A stretch of 64,000 nt of DNA, taken from NCBI GenBank assembly GCA_002720095.2, contig PBGP02000006.1:102257-166256 (forward strand), read 5' to 3'. The number at the start of each line of letters is the position of its first letter. The first letter of the stretch is position 1. The stretch is from Methanobacteriota archaeon (GTDB lineage: Archaea; Thermoplasmatota; Poseidoniia; Poseidoniales; Poseidoniaceae). The position numbers and the translations under genes were made by a program. The notes beneath the pieces are model-generated. The model made no database searches and was not told where the DNA came from. It saw only the letters and a program-made list of their open reading frames with translations. This document shows, in pieces, positions 44,324 to 53,486 of this stretch.

Positions 44324-45241
44324 TCACTCTTCTTCGTTTCTTGCAGTTGTATCCAAGAACCCTAGGGAAGCAAAAACACCCAGGATAAAAAATATTCCTA
44401 AAATTAATAAGACATTAGAATCGTCATTAACATTTAACTCACCTTGAATTATCTTTGCAACCCCTTTTATTTCGTAAATGTTATCTTCGACAACTTCATG
44501 TGTAACAATGAATCCTAAGTTATTTGCATTCATATCTCCGTTTAGATTATAGGTTAGGTTAATTTTTAGATTTTCGTTCAAGCTAGAAATGTTATATTGT
44601 GCGTTCTCCTCAGAAGTTAGTATCTCTTTACTACTAATATTAAAACTAATCATTTCCTTTAAAACATTGTCGAATTTGTCTAAATCTCCCACATAATTAT
44701 TACTAGTTAGTTTATTTTCTAGAATCATTAAGTTAACAACTCCTACTGAATTTTTATCTAAAATGATTTCGAAATTGAGCTTATTTTCTTTCTTTAATAC
44801 ACTAAATTTAATTTCTGAAAAATTTGATTTTTTACTTTGTGATTGTAAAATTAATGAATTAAGAGCCGATATTTCGGGAGCCCCTTCGATATAACTTGTT
44901 CTATCAATAACAAATGATGGAGCCTGAACCACACTGCCATTAAACAATGAGTTGATTCTACTACCACTAGCATAGTTCCCCAAATCATCAACTCCGTCTG
45001 CAGGATGTAATGCTATTAATGCCACTCTTTCATTGTGTAATTCGGCTAATTCTTGGATGCTTGGATCTATTTCTGAACAGGTTTGACACCATGTGGCGGT
45101 GTACTCTTCAATGAGGACTAATGACCCACTATCAGTAATAATTCCTTTTTTTAACTCATCAGAAAATTGTTCATATTCAACTATAGTTCCATTTAAGTTA
45201 ATTAATATTATTAATATCACAGAGATTAATATTTTTTTCAT
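44324..45241 (-). CDS. secreted/anchored thioredoxin-fold protein (WCQTC active site)
   Basis: Signal peptide (KKILISVILIILINLNG), EEYTATWCQTCSEIDP, and a C-terminal TM (VLLILGIFFILGVFASLGF). Confidence 0.55.
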   Translation of the reverse strand: MKKILISVILIILINLNGTIVEYEQFSDELKKGIITDSGSLVLIEEYTATWCQTCSEIDPSIQELAELHNERVALIALHPADGVDDLGNYASGSRINSLFNGSVVQAPSFVIDRTSYIEGAPEISALNSLILQSQSKKSNFSEIKFSVLKKENKLNFEIILDKNSVGVVNLMILENKLTSNNYVGDLDKFDNVLKEMISFNISSKEILTSEENAQYNISSLNENLKINLTYNLNGDMNANNLGFIVTHEVVEDNIYEIKGVAKIIQGELNVNDDSNVLLILGIFFILGVFASLGFLDTTARNEEE

Positions 45242-45310
45242 GGAATTGCCTCAGTAAGCACCCCCAAGCTGTAGGGTCTTTTATTCGCTTGTTTATCTTG
45301 GGCTAACATA

Positions 45311-46024
45311 ATGGCGGACCGTTGGGCTGATACGCATAGGAAAGATTCTTGGAGGAAGAAAGCCAAGAATTTAGGATACAGAGCACGCTCAGCGTTTAAA
45401 TTAAAGCAAATTCAGGAGAAATTCAATGTTATTCGAGAAGGAGATTGTGTATTGGATGTAGGCTGTCACCCGGGAGGATGGTCACAGGTCTCATTAGAGT
45501 TTACAGGTAAAGATGGATTGGTAGTAGGCGTTGATTTAGAGCCGTGTGAACCTGTTGAAGGTTGTATATTTGTTGTAGGTGATATTACCGAGAAAGAAAC
45601 ACAGAAAAAAACAATGGGATATTTCTCTGAAAGAGATATCAATTCAATAGTTTCTGACATATCACCTAATCTGACAGGTAATTGGTCAAGAGACCAAATG
45701 ATCTCTTTGCAGTTGGTAGCCTCTGTATTAGACTTTTCTTTGCCTATATTATGTCCTGGAGGAAATTTTGTAACTAAGATATTTCAAGGTGAAGGAATAG
45801 AAAATTTGATTAATCTCGTAAAACCCAGATTTTCAAATGTCAAGAGATTTTCTCCCGATGCAAGTAGAAACAGTTCATCGGAGGTTTACCTTGTATGTAA
45901 AAATCATATTCCCTGGAAAAACAGTGGTAAATCAATTTTATCGGAATTTAACAAACTGTATCTTTTAGAAAATGACGAAGAAGAAACTTTTGCTAAAGGA
46001 TTTAGATTACACAAAGCAAAATGA
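45311..46024 (+). CDS. rlmE: 23S rRNA 2'-O-ribose methyltransferase RlmE/FtsJ
   Basis: YRARSAFKLKQIQEKF, VLDVGCHPGGWSQV, VSDISPN, K..QG. Confidence 0.85.
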   Translation: MADRWADTHRKDSWRKKAKNLGYRARSAFKLKQIQEKFNVIREGDCVLDVGCHPGGWSQVSLEFTGKDGLVVGVDLEPCEPVEGCIFVVGDITEKETQKKTMGYFSERDINSIVSDISPNLTGNWSRDQMISLQLVASVLDFSLPILCPGGNFVTKIFQGEGIENLINLVKPRFSNVKRFSPDASRNSSSEVYLVCKNHIPWKNSGKSILSEFNKLYLLENDEEETFAKGFRLHKAK

Positions 46025-46051
46025 ATCCCTATATGCTCATATACTGGATGT

Positions 46052-46240
46052 TTGTCGGCATGTCTGAACAATATGGTAAATAGAGCAACTGTCTGCAATT
46101 CATCAGGTGTGCCTCTGGTCGAGCCTAAATCAACTTCATTCCCTTGTCCTTTGTGTGGGACTCACATTGGTAGAAGTCCTATTTGCAGAAACCAAGGAGT
46201 AACATATAAGTGTACAGATTGTGATTTTACTGGTCCTTGA
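46052..46240 (+). CDS. small four-CxxC zinc-ribbon protein (COG2888-like, usual partner of aEF-1beta)
   Basis: FPCPLCGTHIGRSPICRNQGVTYKCTDCDFTGP. Lies immediately upstream of aEF-1beta, a pairing I recall as conserved in archaea. Confidence 0.6.
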   Translation: MSACLNNMVNRATVCNSSGVPLVEPKSTSFPCPLCGTHIGRSPICRNQGVTYKCTDCDFTGP

Positions 46241-46249
46241 GGTGAGAAT

Positions 46250-46522
46250 GTGGGAGAAGTAGCAGTTCAGTATAAAGTAATGCCTGACCCTGACGTGGAA
46301 GTAGCCATTGATGATTTGGTTAGTTCATTAGAAAACATGGAAGATTCCGTAGGGAAAATACATAATGTAGAGAAAAAACCTTTAGCATTCGGGTTGATGT
46401 ACGTGGAGTTACACGCAGTTGTTGAAGATGCGGAGGGTTTAGTTGATAAATTTGAAGAAGAAATTTCTAACATCCATGGCGTAGGAGAAATCGAAGTTCT
46501 GGGAATGGGTAGACTGTTATAA
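46250..46522 (+). CDS. ef1b: translation elongation factor aEF-1 beta
   Basis: 90 aa. MGEVAVQYKVMPD...KPLAFGLMYVELHAVVEDAEG...GVGEIEV. GTG start. Confidence 0.8.
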   Translation: MGEVAVQYKVMPDPDVEVAIDDLVSSLENMEDSVGKIHNVEKKPLAFGLMYVELHAVVEDAEGLVDKFEEEISNIHGVGEIEVLGMGRLL

Positions 46523-46524
46523 TC

Positions 46525-47928
46525 TCAGTAATGATTAATCGGAGATCTCATTATCTCCCTTAGTAAAATGGATGCATAAGACCCAGGTGGGAGTTTAAAT
46601 TTGAACTTAATCGATGCTCCATTGGGATTCCATCTGTCTCCTTCTTTAGGACCCTCATCCCAGATTTTAGATTGATTCTTTTCAACCTCATTTGGACATA
46701 TTTCTACACTCAAGTCGTAGAAGTTACTTGTCAAGGGTCTCCTTGTTCCAGATGAAGATAACCTAGGTATTTTTTCAATATTCCAACTGTCTTTATCAAA
46801 ATCATTTTGTCTGAGAATCTTATCTTCCAGTTTACCAATTTTTCCTTTCGCAATAATGTTCGAAAAACCAGGTAAAGGCCCAGTGACAGCAAGTCTTCCA
46901 AGTCTGCAGTTCCTTTTAATTCGTGTTAAAGTATCTTTTTCAACGATTACTAAGCTATTAGAATCTATGTTTCTCTTTTCCTTCAAATGTCCTACAATAT
47001 CACCGATTTGTGGTACATTGATAGGTATTTTTGCTTCAATTCTTGATGCTAAAACTTTGTTAAAAATTTTTGACTGAGCTGCATGAATAAACATTAATTG
47101 TAGATTATTTGGTAGAGTTTTGAATGCTGAAATATAATTTAAATCTTTATTAAGTTGGAGTAGTATATTCTTCTCAAAATTTAATCTTTGTGGAATTAAA
47201 TCTAGACATTTTTCAATATCATTGGTATCACTCCATGTCTTTCTGAATTCTTGTACCTCTACTGACTCAAATTTACTTTCAAGACCTAAGTAAGTATTTA
47301 CCGCCTTTTCGAAGTCATTTTGAATAACACATTCACCAACTTCCGCTGTCACAGCCCTAAGACCACCGAATCTTTGGGGTCCTATCCAATTGGGAAAAAC
47401 ACCTTTGCCTAATTTTTCTTCCATTTCTGAAAAAATACTTTTTGCATTCTGTAAGGCCTCTTCATCTGTCATTGGACTACCATCTTTTTTAGCGCATCCT
47501 CTAACAATAACAGTAAATTTGTTGGAAATATGTTCACCGAATTTTAATTTTTGGTGAGATTTTCCAATGCAAGAGATTTTTACATCATTAAGCTTAACAT
47601 TTTCAATTTTTTTAAGTGGTGCATCGACTATCATGATTTGTCTTGTAACGGCTCTTTTATCCTTAGTCCCTGAAAACCAGATTCTGTTCCTCGAAATTCT
47701 AAGTTCTTTAGCTAATCTATTGATAAATCTGTTTGTCTCCCAGTTCTTTAATGTCACTTCAATTACTGAAAATCTCCCTTTTGGGTCCAATGAAAATTTT
47801 CCGAATTCTTCTTCAACTCTAAAGTCAGATATCTTAACTTTGATCATTCCGCCAATTCCTTCGTTTTTTACCACGAATGTTGATAACCCGACCCTATTTT
47901 CCATTTCAGAGGTTGTGGCTTGGGCCAC
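46525..47928 (-). CDS. truD: tRNA pseudouridine synthase TruD/Pus7 family
   Basis: FSGTKDKRAVTRQ catalytic-Asp motif and GPQRFG. 467 aa. Confidence 0.85.
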   Translation of the reverse strand: MAQATTSEMENRVGLSTFVVKNEGIGGMIKVKISDFRVEEEFGKFSLDPKGRFSVIEVTLKNWETNRFINRLAKELRISRNRIWFSGTKDKRAVTRQIMIVDAPLKKIENVKLNDVKISCIGKSHQKLKFGEHISNKFTVIVRGCAKKDGSPMTDEEALQNAKSIFSEMEEKLGKGVFPNWIGPQRFGGLRAVTAEVGECVIQNDFEKAVNTYLGLESKFESVEVQEFRKTWSDTNDIEKCLDLIPQRLNFEKNILLQLNKDLNYISAFKTLPNNLQLMFIHAAQSKIFNKVLASRIEAKIPINVPQIGDIVGHLKEKRNIDSNSLVIVEKDTLTRIKRNCRLGRLAVTGPLPGFSNIIAKGKIGKLEDKILRQNDFDKDSWNIEKIPRLSSSGTRRPLTSNFYDLSVEICPNEVEKNQSKIWDEGPKEGDRWNPNGASIKFKFKLPPGSYASILLREIMRSPINHY

Positions 47929-47932
47929 TTAA

Positions 47933-48217
47933 TCACTCCTTCAACTTAATTGAATCGAATTCTTTGGAAATTTCTTTGCATACATCTTGGATTAATTTTA
48001 CTGGATTTTTTTTACCCTTAGTTCTAATATACAATTCAGGATCGTCTAATACTGGATGACCAGGAAAGAAATTAACATAGTCTACAGATTCATTGTTATC
48101 AAGTTTATTTCTAAACAGTTCTAATGATGTATGTGTTTCTCCTTCAAATCTTAATTTAAGCTCGTTTCCTTCTTTTTGCAGTACCTTTATTGGCATGGAA
48201 ATCGAGTCTGCGAGCAT
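47933..48217 (-). CDS. rpoL: DNA-directed RNA polymerase subunit L (Rpo11)
   Basis: LKLRFEGETHTSLELFRNKL...VDYVNFFPGHPVLDDPELYIRTKG. 94 aa. Confidence 0.75.
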   Translation of the reverse strand: MLADSISMPIKVLQKEGNELKLRFEGETHTSLELFRNKLDNNESVDYVNFFPGHPVLDDPELYIRTKGKKNPVKLIQDVCKEISKEFDSIKLKE

Positions 48218-48288
48218 AACCTCTTTATTGAACCTTTGGAGTATTTTGTCTACTCTACTGCTTATGAAATATAACTGCTGCGAATTAC

Positions 48289-50844
48289 ATGGGCGGCGGT
48301 AAATCTAAGGAAGGTAAACATAGATATTCTGAAAAGTTCAGTAAATTTTCCTTACCTATTTTTGCCAGTTCAATTATTTTTACTTTAATTTTGGGTTTAC
48401 AATTATATCCCTTGCCTTCATTTAACACAGAAATTGCAGAGTTTGCACCCGATGATTCAGCCAGTATCGCTGCCGAAGAATTCAGTATTGAAATGGGTAA
48501 TCAATCCCGCCAAATGCTTGTGAATATTAAAATGGACGATAGTTCTAGCATACTTTCTATAGATTCATTGAAGGAACAACATTATGATTATTTGAGACTA
48601 ATTAACTTAACTGGTGTTGAAAATATTAACATTGAAAAAATAATCGCATTGTCTGAAATAATTAACTTAGCGTTGATTGAGAATGACGTCGGCAATAATA
48701 TCTCATCTGTGAATGACTGGAATGATTTACTCAACAGAACAATACCTGATGATTTAGGGATTTCAGATATTGCGTCTAATGAACAGATACTTGGTTATGG
48801 ATCTTTTATTCGTTCAGCGATCATAAGTAATGATTTAGATATATCTGGTCTAGAATATTGGATTGAAGATAGAAATACATCTTCCGATCCTACTCCTTCA
48901 GCATCATCAACATTATGGATACTTGATATTGACTCCTCTTTAAGTCCTGAAAAATCAAAAATTACCCAGGTTGAAATAAGAAAAATATTAGATGAAATAT
49001 CTCTTGATTCAAATCTTACATACTCTTCAATCTCTATGGATATTATTAGTCATGATGTAGATGAATCTACTATGAAGAGTGTAGTCTTACTTATTTTACT
49101 TGCGTTAACTGTAGTTGTAATAATTCTTTCATTAGCATTTAGGACTATTACGGGTGTTTTATTCCCATTAACTGGTTTATTGATGGCATTAACATGGACT
49201 TATGGATTACTTAGTGCATTTAATGTTCAATTTACTGCTCTAGATGTAGCAGTTGCTCCTCTTGTATTAGGTTTGGGTATTGACTATTCAATTCATTTAC
49301 AAAGACGATATGAAATTAATCGTAATTCAGGCCAAGAAACCGTCGATGCTTGGCTTAATTCCATCGAAAATCTAGCTTTACCGCTATCTTTGGCAGTTAT
49401 TACCACTGTTGCAGCCTTCATGTCCAATTTGTTCTCTCCTTTACCACCTTTGAAATCTTTTGGTATTTCATTAGCTTTGGGGGTAATTAATGCATTTTTT
49501 TGTTCAACAGTAATTGTTGGAACTCTACATGTATTGGGAGAGCGTTTTTCGGGAGGTAAACTCTCTTTAGCTTCTACAGGTTCTTTAGGAGATAAATTTA
49601 GTGACTCTATGAAGTTTCAGAGTGAGCAGAAAGCAATAATCATGATTATCACTGGATTATTGACAGTTAGCTCTGTTTTTGGTGCAATGGTAATAAAAAC
49701 GGAGTTTGATTTAACAGACTTCTTGGATGAAGATATGCCCGTGATGGAATTGAGAACTGAAATGCAAAATACATTTGAATATTCCAGCATTCAATTGGTT
49801 TACATATTAATAGAACCAGCAGGAGAATTATATTCTATAGAAAGTGGCGATACTTTATTGAATTCTATGCAATATTTGGATGACGTATTACATTTAACTA
49901 AGGGCATTGTAAAGCCATCAGGGAATTCTGATAGAACTCAATACAACGGTGTCTACGGAATTTTAAGAGATGCCATAGAACTAGATCCATCATGGGGTGA
50001 ATCCCACAATCTCAAACTTTACGCTGACAAACTAGGAAAATTAGATTCTTCTAAAAAATTGAATATTGGTTTTGCTTTAATGGACTTGCTGGAAAATGAA
50101 TCAGTTGGAGATCCGCTAACTGGGGATACTTGGTCAGAGAGGGTTGCAAATTCAGTAATATTAGACAATGATGGAAGAATCATAAAGCTAAGAATAAGTA
50201 TTTACGTTAATTCAGGTACTAATTTAGAAAATTCTGAAATTGTAAAAGATCTGACCGAATCGGTGGATGAGCTTTCATCTCAATTAGGTGGATTGGGAGC
50301 TGAAGTGCATTTAACTGGAGACATGGTGAAAATTGATGCTGTATTAACGGGAATGACAAACTCACAAATACAATCCACCTCGATAAGTTTAGTAGTATCA
50401 TTCTTAGTTCTAATGCTTCTGACACGTAGATTTACACCTGCTCTTGTAGTTATTGCACCTGTAGGAGTGGCTGCTTTTTGGGTTGTTGGATCTATGGCTG
50501 CACTTGGTTTACAATGGAATGTTCTCACTGTTATGGTTACAGCGCTAACAATCGGAATAGGTATTGATTACTCGATTCATGTATGGCGAAGGTACGAAGA
50601 AGAATTAAAGGTCACTCAAGGTGACAAATGGGAGTCTGTAAAGAGAATGCACTCTTCAACAGGTCTTGCACTTTTAATGTCTGCTGGGACAACAATATGT
50701 GGATTTGCTGTTTTGACACTTTCTCCAATGCCAGTGGTAAGAGAATTCGGTTTAATTACCTCTTTAACAGTATTCTTTTCGGTAATATTATCTTTAGTTG
50801 TTCTTCCAGTTCTTCTCGTTGAATCTACTGAAAATGGCGAATAG
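48289..50844 (+). CDS. RND-superfamily exporter, COG1033/MMPL-like (851 aa)
   Basis: Same architecture as 37699-40566. Motifs GLGIDYSIHLQRRYE and GIGIDYSIHVWRRYEE. Confidence 0.75.
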   Translation: MGGGKSKEGKHRYSEKFSKFSLPIFASSIIFTLILGLQLYPLPSFNTEIAEFAPDDSASIAAEEFSIEMGNQSRQMLVNIKMDDSSSILSIDSLKEQHYDYLRLINLTGVENINIEKIIALSEIINLALIENDVGNNISSVNDWNDLLNRTIPDDLGISDIASNEQILGYGSFIRSAIISNDLDISGLEYWIEDRNTSSDPTPSASSTLWILDIDSSLSPEKSKITQVEIRKILDEISLDSNLTYSSISMDIISHDVDESTMKSVVLLILLALTVVVIILSLAFRTITGVLFPLTGLLMALTWTYGLLSAFNVQFTALDVAVAPLVLGLGIDYSIHLQRRYEINRNSGQETVDAWLNSIENLALPLSLAVITTVAAFMSNLFSPLPPLKSFGISLALGVINAFFCSTVIVGTLHVLGERFSGGKLSLASTGSLGDKFSDSMKFQSEQKAIIMIITGLLTVSSVFGAMVIKTEFDLTDFLDEDMPVMELRTEMQNTFEYSSIQLVYILIEPAGELYSIESGDTLLNSMQYLDDVLHLTKGIVKPSGNSDRTQYNGVYGILRDAIELDPSWGESHNLKLYADKLGKLDSSKKLNIGFALMDLLENESVGDPLTGDTWSERVANSVILDNDGRIIKLRISIYVNSGTNLENSEIVKDLTESVDELSSQLGGLGAEVHLTGDMVKIDAVLTGMTNSQIQSTSISLVVSFLVLMLLTRRFTPALVVIAPVGVAAFWVVGSMAALGLQWNVLTVMVTALTIGIGIDYSIHVWRRYEEELKVTQGDKWESVKRMHSSTGLALLMSAGTTICGFAVLTLSPMPVVREFGLITSLTVFFSVILSLVVLPVLLVESTENGE

Positions 50845-50850
50845 TACTTG

Positions 50851-51381
50851 CTAACTTTCGATTAGTTCATCGATATCCATACCTTGCTCTTTTGCAACCA
50901 ATAATAAGCATAGATGGATTGTTACTTGACCTAAACTCCTTTTTTTCCTTAAACATCTTCTATAAATTTCTTCCTTTATGATTCCAGTATTCGCAGATAT
51001 ATATCTCAAAAGTCTTCTTTCCATACTCGAAAAATTATTTTTGATTTGATTTAAATTATTTTTAACTACAACATTATTATCGGGTTTTGATATTGATTCA
51101 ACATCTTTTTTATTATTTTTAATATTTTCAAATAGAGTTTTTTGTAGAATCCAACCAGTTTTAATTTTATTGAAATCAAGTTTGATATTTGGTTTAATTT
51201 GATTCTCAAACTCTATTAGCCACCCATTTTTGATTAGTTCATCTATTAATTTCTCTGATTCAGAAAAATTTAACCATTGCATGTCAATACTCCAAAACCT
51301 AGAAATGAATGATTTTTTAAGCGATTTACTTCCTGAATTATACCAAGTAATATTAATTAATTGTATAATTTCATTTTCCAT
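50851..51381 (-). CDS. hypothetical protein
   Basis: 176 aa. N- and C-terminal helical modules separated by an Asn/Lys-rich linker. No family recognised with confidence. Confidence 0.4.
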   Translation of the reverse strand: MENEIIQLINITWYNSGSKSLKKSFISRFWSIDMQWLNFSESEKLIDELIKNGWLIEFENQIKPNIKLDFNKIKTGWILQKTLFENIKNNKKDVESISKPDNNVVVKNNLNQIKNNFSSMERRLLRYISANTGIIKEEIYRRCLRKKRSLGQVTIHLCLLLVAKEQGMDIDELIES

Positions 51382-51390
51382 CTTTACACC

Positions 51391-51930
51391 CTAGAAATTA
51401 GATTTGCATATTCCTTTAATAGTTAGATCTTTGATGTGTAGAGATTCACTAGATGTTGAGGGTGCAACATACCAATCATATTTTTTAATGATTTTTTTAT
51501 CTAATTTTTCGAAAAGTTCTTGTAAATCTCCTGGATTTTTTCCAATAATTAAAATAGGCCTTTGGATTTCGTCTTTTAGCAAATTCAACCTCTCTTCAAT
51601 GTGTTCTATAGAATCATTGAGTGTAAATTTAGTTATTGCATTTTTGCAAAGTGCGTGTGAAATTTTAAGTTCAGATAATTCCAAATTACCATCGATTGTA
51701 ACATAGTTGAATCCTAGCATGATTGAATCTAGCAGAGATCCGTAATCAGCATTTTCAGGATCCCAAATTGAATTAGGGTGTAATCTAGCCAATCTTTTGA
51801 TTCTTCTCATATTAAATCCATCTCTCTCATGAATTAGCATTTTGATGTTTTTTAGCTTTGGTGATTCTGGTTTAAGTTCTCCTGGTAAAAATTTACCTTT
51901 GTGAAAAATAAACCTTTGAATCTTCTCCAT
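51391..51930 (-). CDS. hypothetical protein
   Basis: 179 aa. Tightly packed upstream of 50851-51381 on the same strand, so a likely operon. No motif recognised. Confidence 0.4.
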   Translation of the reverse strand: MEKIQRFIFHKGKFLPGELKPESPKLKNIKMLIHERDGFNMRRIKRLARLHPNSIWDPENADYGSLLDSIMLGFNYVTIDGNLELSELKISHALCKNAITKFTLNDSIEHIEERLNLLKDEIQRPILIIGKNPGDLQELFEKLDKKIIKKYDWYVAPSTSSESLHIKDLTIKGICKSNF

Positions 51931-52001
51931 TTACTCCCCTATTTTAACCTGTAATAGCGAGGGTTATTGAAGATGATTCCTTGCGGGTATTGATTTCAAA
52001 C

Positions 52002-53192
52002 ATGTCCAAGTATGTAGCGAGACATCCTAAAACAGGAAAACCTCTTTTTTCAGAGCGTGAAATAGAGGTTGAAACTAATCTAAGGCCTCCAGTTTCCAAA
52101 TGGGATGGTTTCGAATTAAGTATTTTTGAATTGAAAGAATTGTATGAAAATATTATTCCATTAGCTAAAGGAGAAATTGCAGAATATGAACTTAATCATG
52201 TAGACATAGTCGGTAAAAAAATCAAATTAAATCGAACAGATGGAATTAAAGCATTACCAAGGTTAAATTCAAGCTTCAATAATGAATTGTATGATGTGTT
52301 GTTAATGTCTCTGTATGATGTTAATCCAGAAAATAGAATTGCTGCATTACAAATTTTGCATATATGCGCTTGTAGAAAGCCAGATGGATTGTGGGATATT
52401 CTCGCAGAATTGTTAGATGATGATGTGGAAGAGGTTCGAAAAACCGCAATAAAGTCTTTAATAGCTTCAGTACCAATATTCCCCTCAGGATGTGAGGTAT
52501 TACTATACATTGAACTGAGGCATGAAGAAAAATATCGTAGAGATGGTGCTTGGAAAGCTCTTAGTGAGTTGTTGAAAAAATGGCCAGATGCTGCCATGGA
52601 ACACCTAGATGTTCTTTCAAGAGATGATGACGTTGATCTGAGAAGACGATCTGCGAACATGTTTTCTAAAGCCGCTAATAGAAAATCAGCCATAGCTTGG
52701 GATTTAGTAAGTTGGGGTCTTCAAGATGAAGATGATAAGGTCAGAGACAATGCATCTAAAGCAATCAGAACGGTAACTCATCACGAACCACGTCAAGCAC
52801 TGATATTCGCAGAAATGGCTCTTTTTGATACATATAAACCAGTTCGTAAAAGAGCAGTTTTAGCGTTAGAAAAGCTTGGAGCCGGTAGCAGAGTAAATTC
52901 CTTAATAATTAGAGGTTGCAGACATAAAGATTATGAAATCAGAAAAAATTGTATCAAAATGCTGCCCAGATTGATGAGTGAGGATGAACTGAGAGATTTA
53001 TCATTCGAGTTATTGAATAATGAAAAGAATAAGGCTTTGAAAGATATACTGACAGAATACAGTAGAGACGAACAACTTGAAGGAACGGAAATTGAAAAAA
53101 ATAAATTTCTTGCTCCTGCAGAACCAATTGACCCGCTAGAAAAAGAGATAAATCAAGAAAAGATTAAAAAAAATGAAAATAAAAAGGTTTGA
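52002..53192 (+). CDS. HEAT-repeat (PBS-lyase-type) protein
   Basis: Repeated D-x-(D/N)-x-x-V-R-x-x-A helical units: NPENRIAALQIL, DDDVEEVRKTAIKSL, DDDVDLRRRSANMF, DEDDKVRDNASKAI, YKPVRKRAVLAL, HKDYEIRKNCIKML. ATG at 52002 preferred over TTG at 51981. Confidence 0.65.
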   Translation: MSKYVARHPKTGKPLFSEREIEVETNLRPPVSKWDGFELSIFELKELYENIIPLAKGEIAEYELNHVDIVGKKIKLNRTDGIKALPRLNSSFNNELYDVLLMSLYDVNPENRIAALQILHICACRKPDGLWDILAELLDDDVEEVRKTAIKSLIASVPIFPSGCEVLLYIELRHEEKYRRDGAWKALSELLKKWPDAAMEHLDVLSRDDDVDLRRRSANMFSKAANRKSAIAWDLVSWGLQDEDDKVRDNASKAIRTVTHHEPRQALIFAEMALFDTYKPVRKRAVLALEKLGAGSRVNSLIIRGCRHKDYEIRKNCIKMLPRLMSEDELRDLSFELLNNEKNKALKDILTEYSRDEQLEGTEIEKNKFLAPAEPIDPLEKEINQEKIKKNENKKV

Positions 53193-53272
53193 ACAATTTG
53201 TTAATCTGTGCGTCATTGTTAATATGGAGATATTAGTCGCCGAGACGTAAGTGTACTAGGAGATGAGACAAG

Positions 53273-53473
53273 TTGAATTCAAACGTTGATAGATTTGAGG
53301 CAATGTGGGAAGGAAAAACCCCTAATGGAATTAATAGAACTAAGGCACAGAAATTTCAGCAATATATTCTTGAGCATGTCAGGCAAACTGGTAGGCCAAT
53401 GAATAAGGAAAATGCATTAAAGTACTGGACTGGAGAATTACAGCGTGAAATTAAAGAAAGTGAAATGCTTTGA
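53273..53473 (+). CDS. small hypothetical protein (66 aa)
   Basis: TTG-initiated ORF with no competing frame. No motif recognised. Confidence 0.3.
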   Translation: MNSNVDRFEAMWEGKTPNGINRTKAQKFQQYILEHVRQTGRPMNKENALKYWTGELQREIKESEML

Positions 53474-53486
53474 TTGAGTTGAGTTG

